Assembly: GCF_018977255.1 (NCBI RefSeq)
Contig: NW_024704742.1
Span: 108,688,001 to 108,752,000, forward strand
Reading direction: 5' to 3'
Length of the DNA stretch: 64,000 nt
Source: Callorhinchus milii
Lineage: Eukaryota
Position 1 is the stretch's first letter; the number at the start of each line of letters is the position of its first letter. A model generated the notes under the pieces. It did not search any database and was not told the origin of the DNA. It saw nothing but the letters and a program-made list of their open reading frames with translations. The translations under genes were made by a program, and so were the position numbers. Positions 63,397 to 64,000 of this stretch are shown piece after piece.

Positions 63397-63501
63397 ATTG
63401 GCGTACTTGAAGATCACTACCTACTGAGACATGGAAGTCATCCAAGAAGATCTCGAAGGAGTGCTGACGATTTCACCAAACAATTATCTGAAGATGACCG
63501 G
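63397..63501 (+). CDS. PCSK1: Prohormone convertase 1/3, coding exon 2 (prodomain with the RRSRR secondary cleavage site)
   Basis: Not in the ORF track. Pyrimidine-rich acceptor ...catctccttag|ATT, then 105 nt = [35 protein letters not shown], then donor CGG|GTATGT. Phase 0 at both ends, in frame with exon 1. Matches the mammalian PC1/3 exon 2 peptide pattern [24 protein letters not shown]. Confidence 0.96.
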
Positions 63502-63667
63502 GTATGTGTTACTTCTTAAAGTAACGAATAAGGCAAGACAGATGATTTATTCCAACAGTTAATATAATCATTGATTTGATATAGTGGCTTATGACACCAT
63601 TGAAACATTTCAGAGTGCTTCACAGGGTGTACTGCAAAATGTAATGACTGTGCAATATGCAGTAGAC

Positions 63668-63760
63668 CAAGGTGGTCCAACCTTTTTGCTGTCGCAGGCC
63701 AGATACCTTATTTCAGAAAGGTCCGCAGGCTGATTCCAGCGAGGGCCAGCTGGCAGCACC
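63668..63760. mobile_element. Second, truncated copy of the hAT-like MITE
   Basis: caaggtggtccaacctttttgctgtcgcaggccagat matches the reverse complement of the right end of 35395-35660. Confidence 0.65.
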
Positions 63761-63765
63761 CAAGC

Positions 63766-64000
63766 CACATAGAAGCAGGAGTAAGCTATTCAGCTCCTCA
63801 AACCTGTTCCGCCATTTTATAAGATCATGGCTGATCTGTACCTCAAGTCCAGTTACCCACCCTTGCCCATATCCCTTAATACCCTGACCTACCAAATATT
63901 TATCAACCTCAGTCTTGAAAATGTGAATGGATCCAGCATCCACAGTCTTTTGGAGGAGAGAGATACAGATTTCCACTACCCTTTGGCTGAAAAACCGTCT
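63766..64000 (-). mobile_element. CR1 3' end in PCSK1 intron 2 (runs off the window)
   Basis: Minus-strand QKTVDAGSIHIFKTEVDKYLVGQGIKGYG. Confidence 0.9.

Noticed and set aside
1..64000. CRISPR array, rRNA, LTR retrovirus or intact transposase
   Set aside because: No regularly spaced repeat-spacer array and no such motifs seen; the sequence is eukaryotic.

Overview
Vertebrate genomic DNA, AT-rich and repeat-dense. The repeat set (L2 and CR1 LINEs, Deu-domain SINEs, tRNA/L2-tail SINEs, a Penelope-type remnant) is most consistent with a cartilaginous fish; the species is an inference. The only host gene I can support is PCSK1 (prohormone convertase 1/3) on the + strand: a CpG-island promoter with a perfect CRE (53337-53344), coding exon 1 (53629-53814) and coding exon 2 (63397-63501). 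The gene continues beyond the window. The upstream ~52 kb shows no recognisable host coding exon and is built from nested, 5'-truncated retroelements and stretches of unique sequence, some enhancer-like. Almost all ORFs in the supplied track are LINE ORF2 fragments or spurious. Most notable observations: (1) at least six short (55-210 bp) locally templated direct or inverted duplications, several landing in or next to SINE/L2 ends; (2) a modular SINE series (Deu-SINE, then tRNA-Ala/CORE-like long form, then a deleted short form whose tail matches the youngest L2); (3) a decayed minimal hammerhead-ribozyme motif in PCSK1 intron 1; (4) an old poly(A)-tailed retroelement family that can be pieced together from 7 fragments; (5) a pre-miRNA-sized hairpin; (6) RFX and AP-1/CRE motif clusters that may be distal PCSK1 enhancers. 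No prokaryote-type system such as CRISPR is present, and I cannot establish a new system from sequence alone. Repeat boundaries are read by eye and are approximate.
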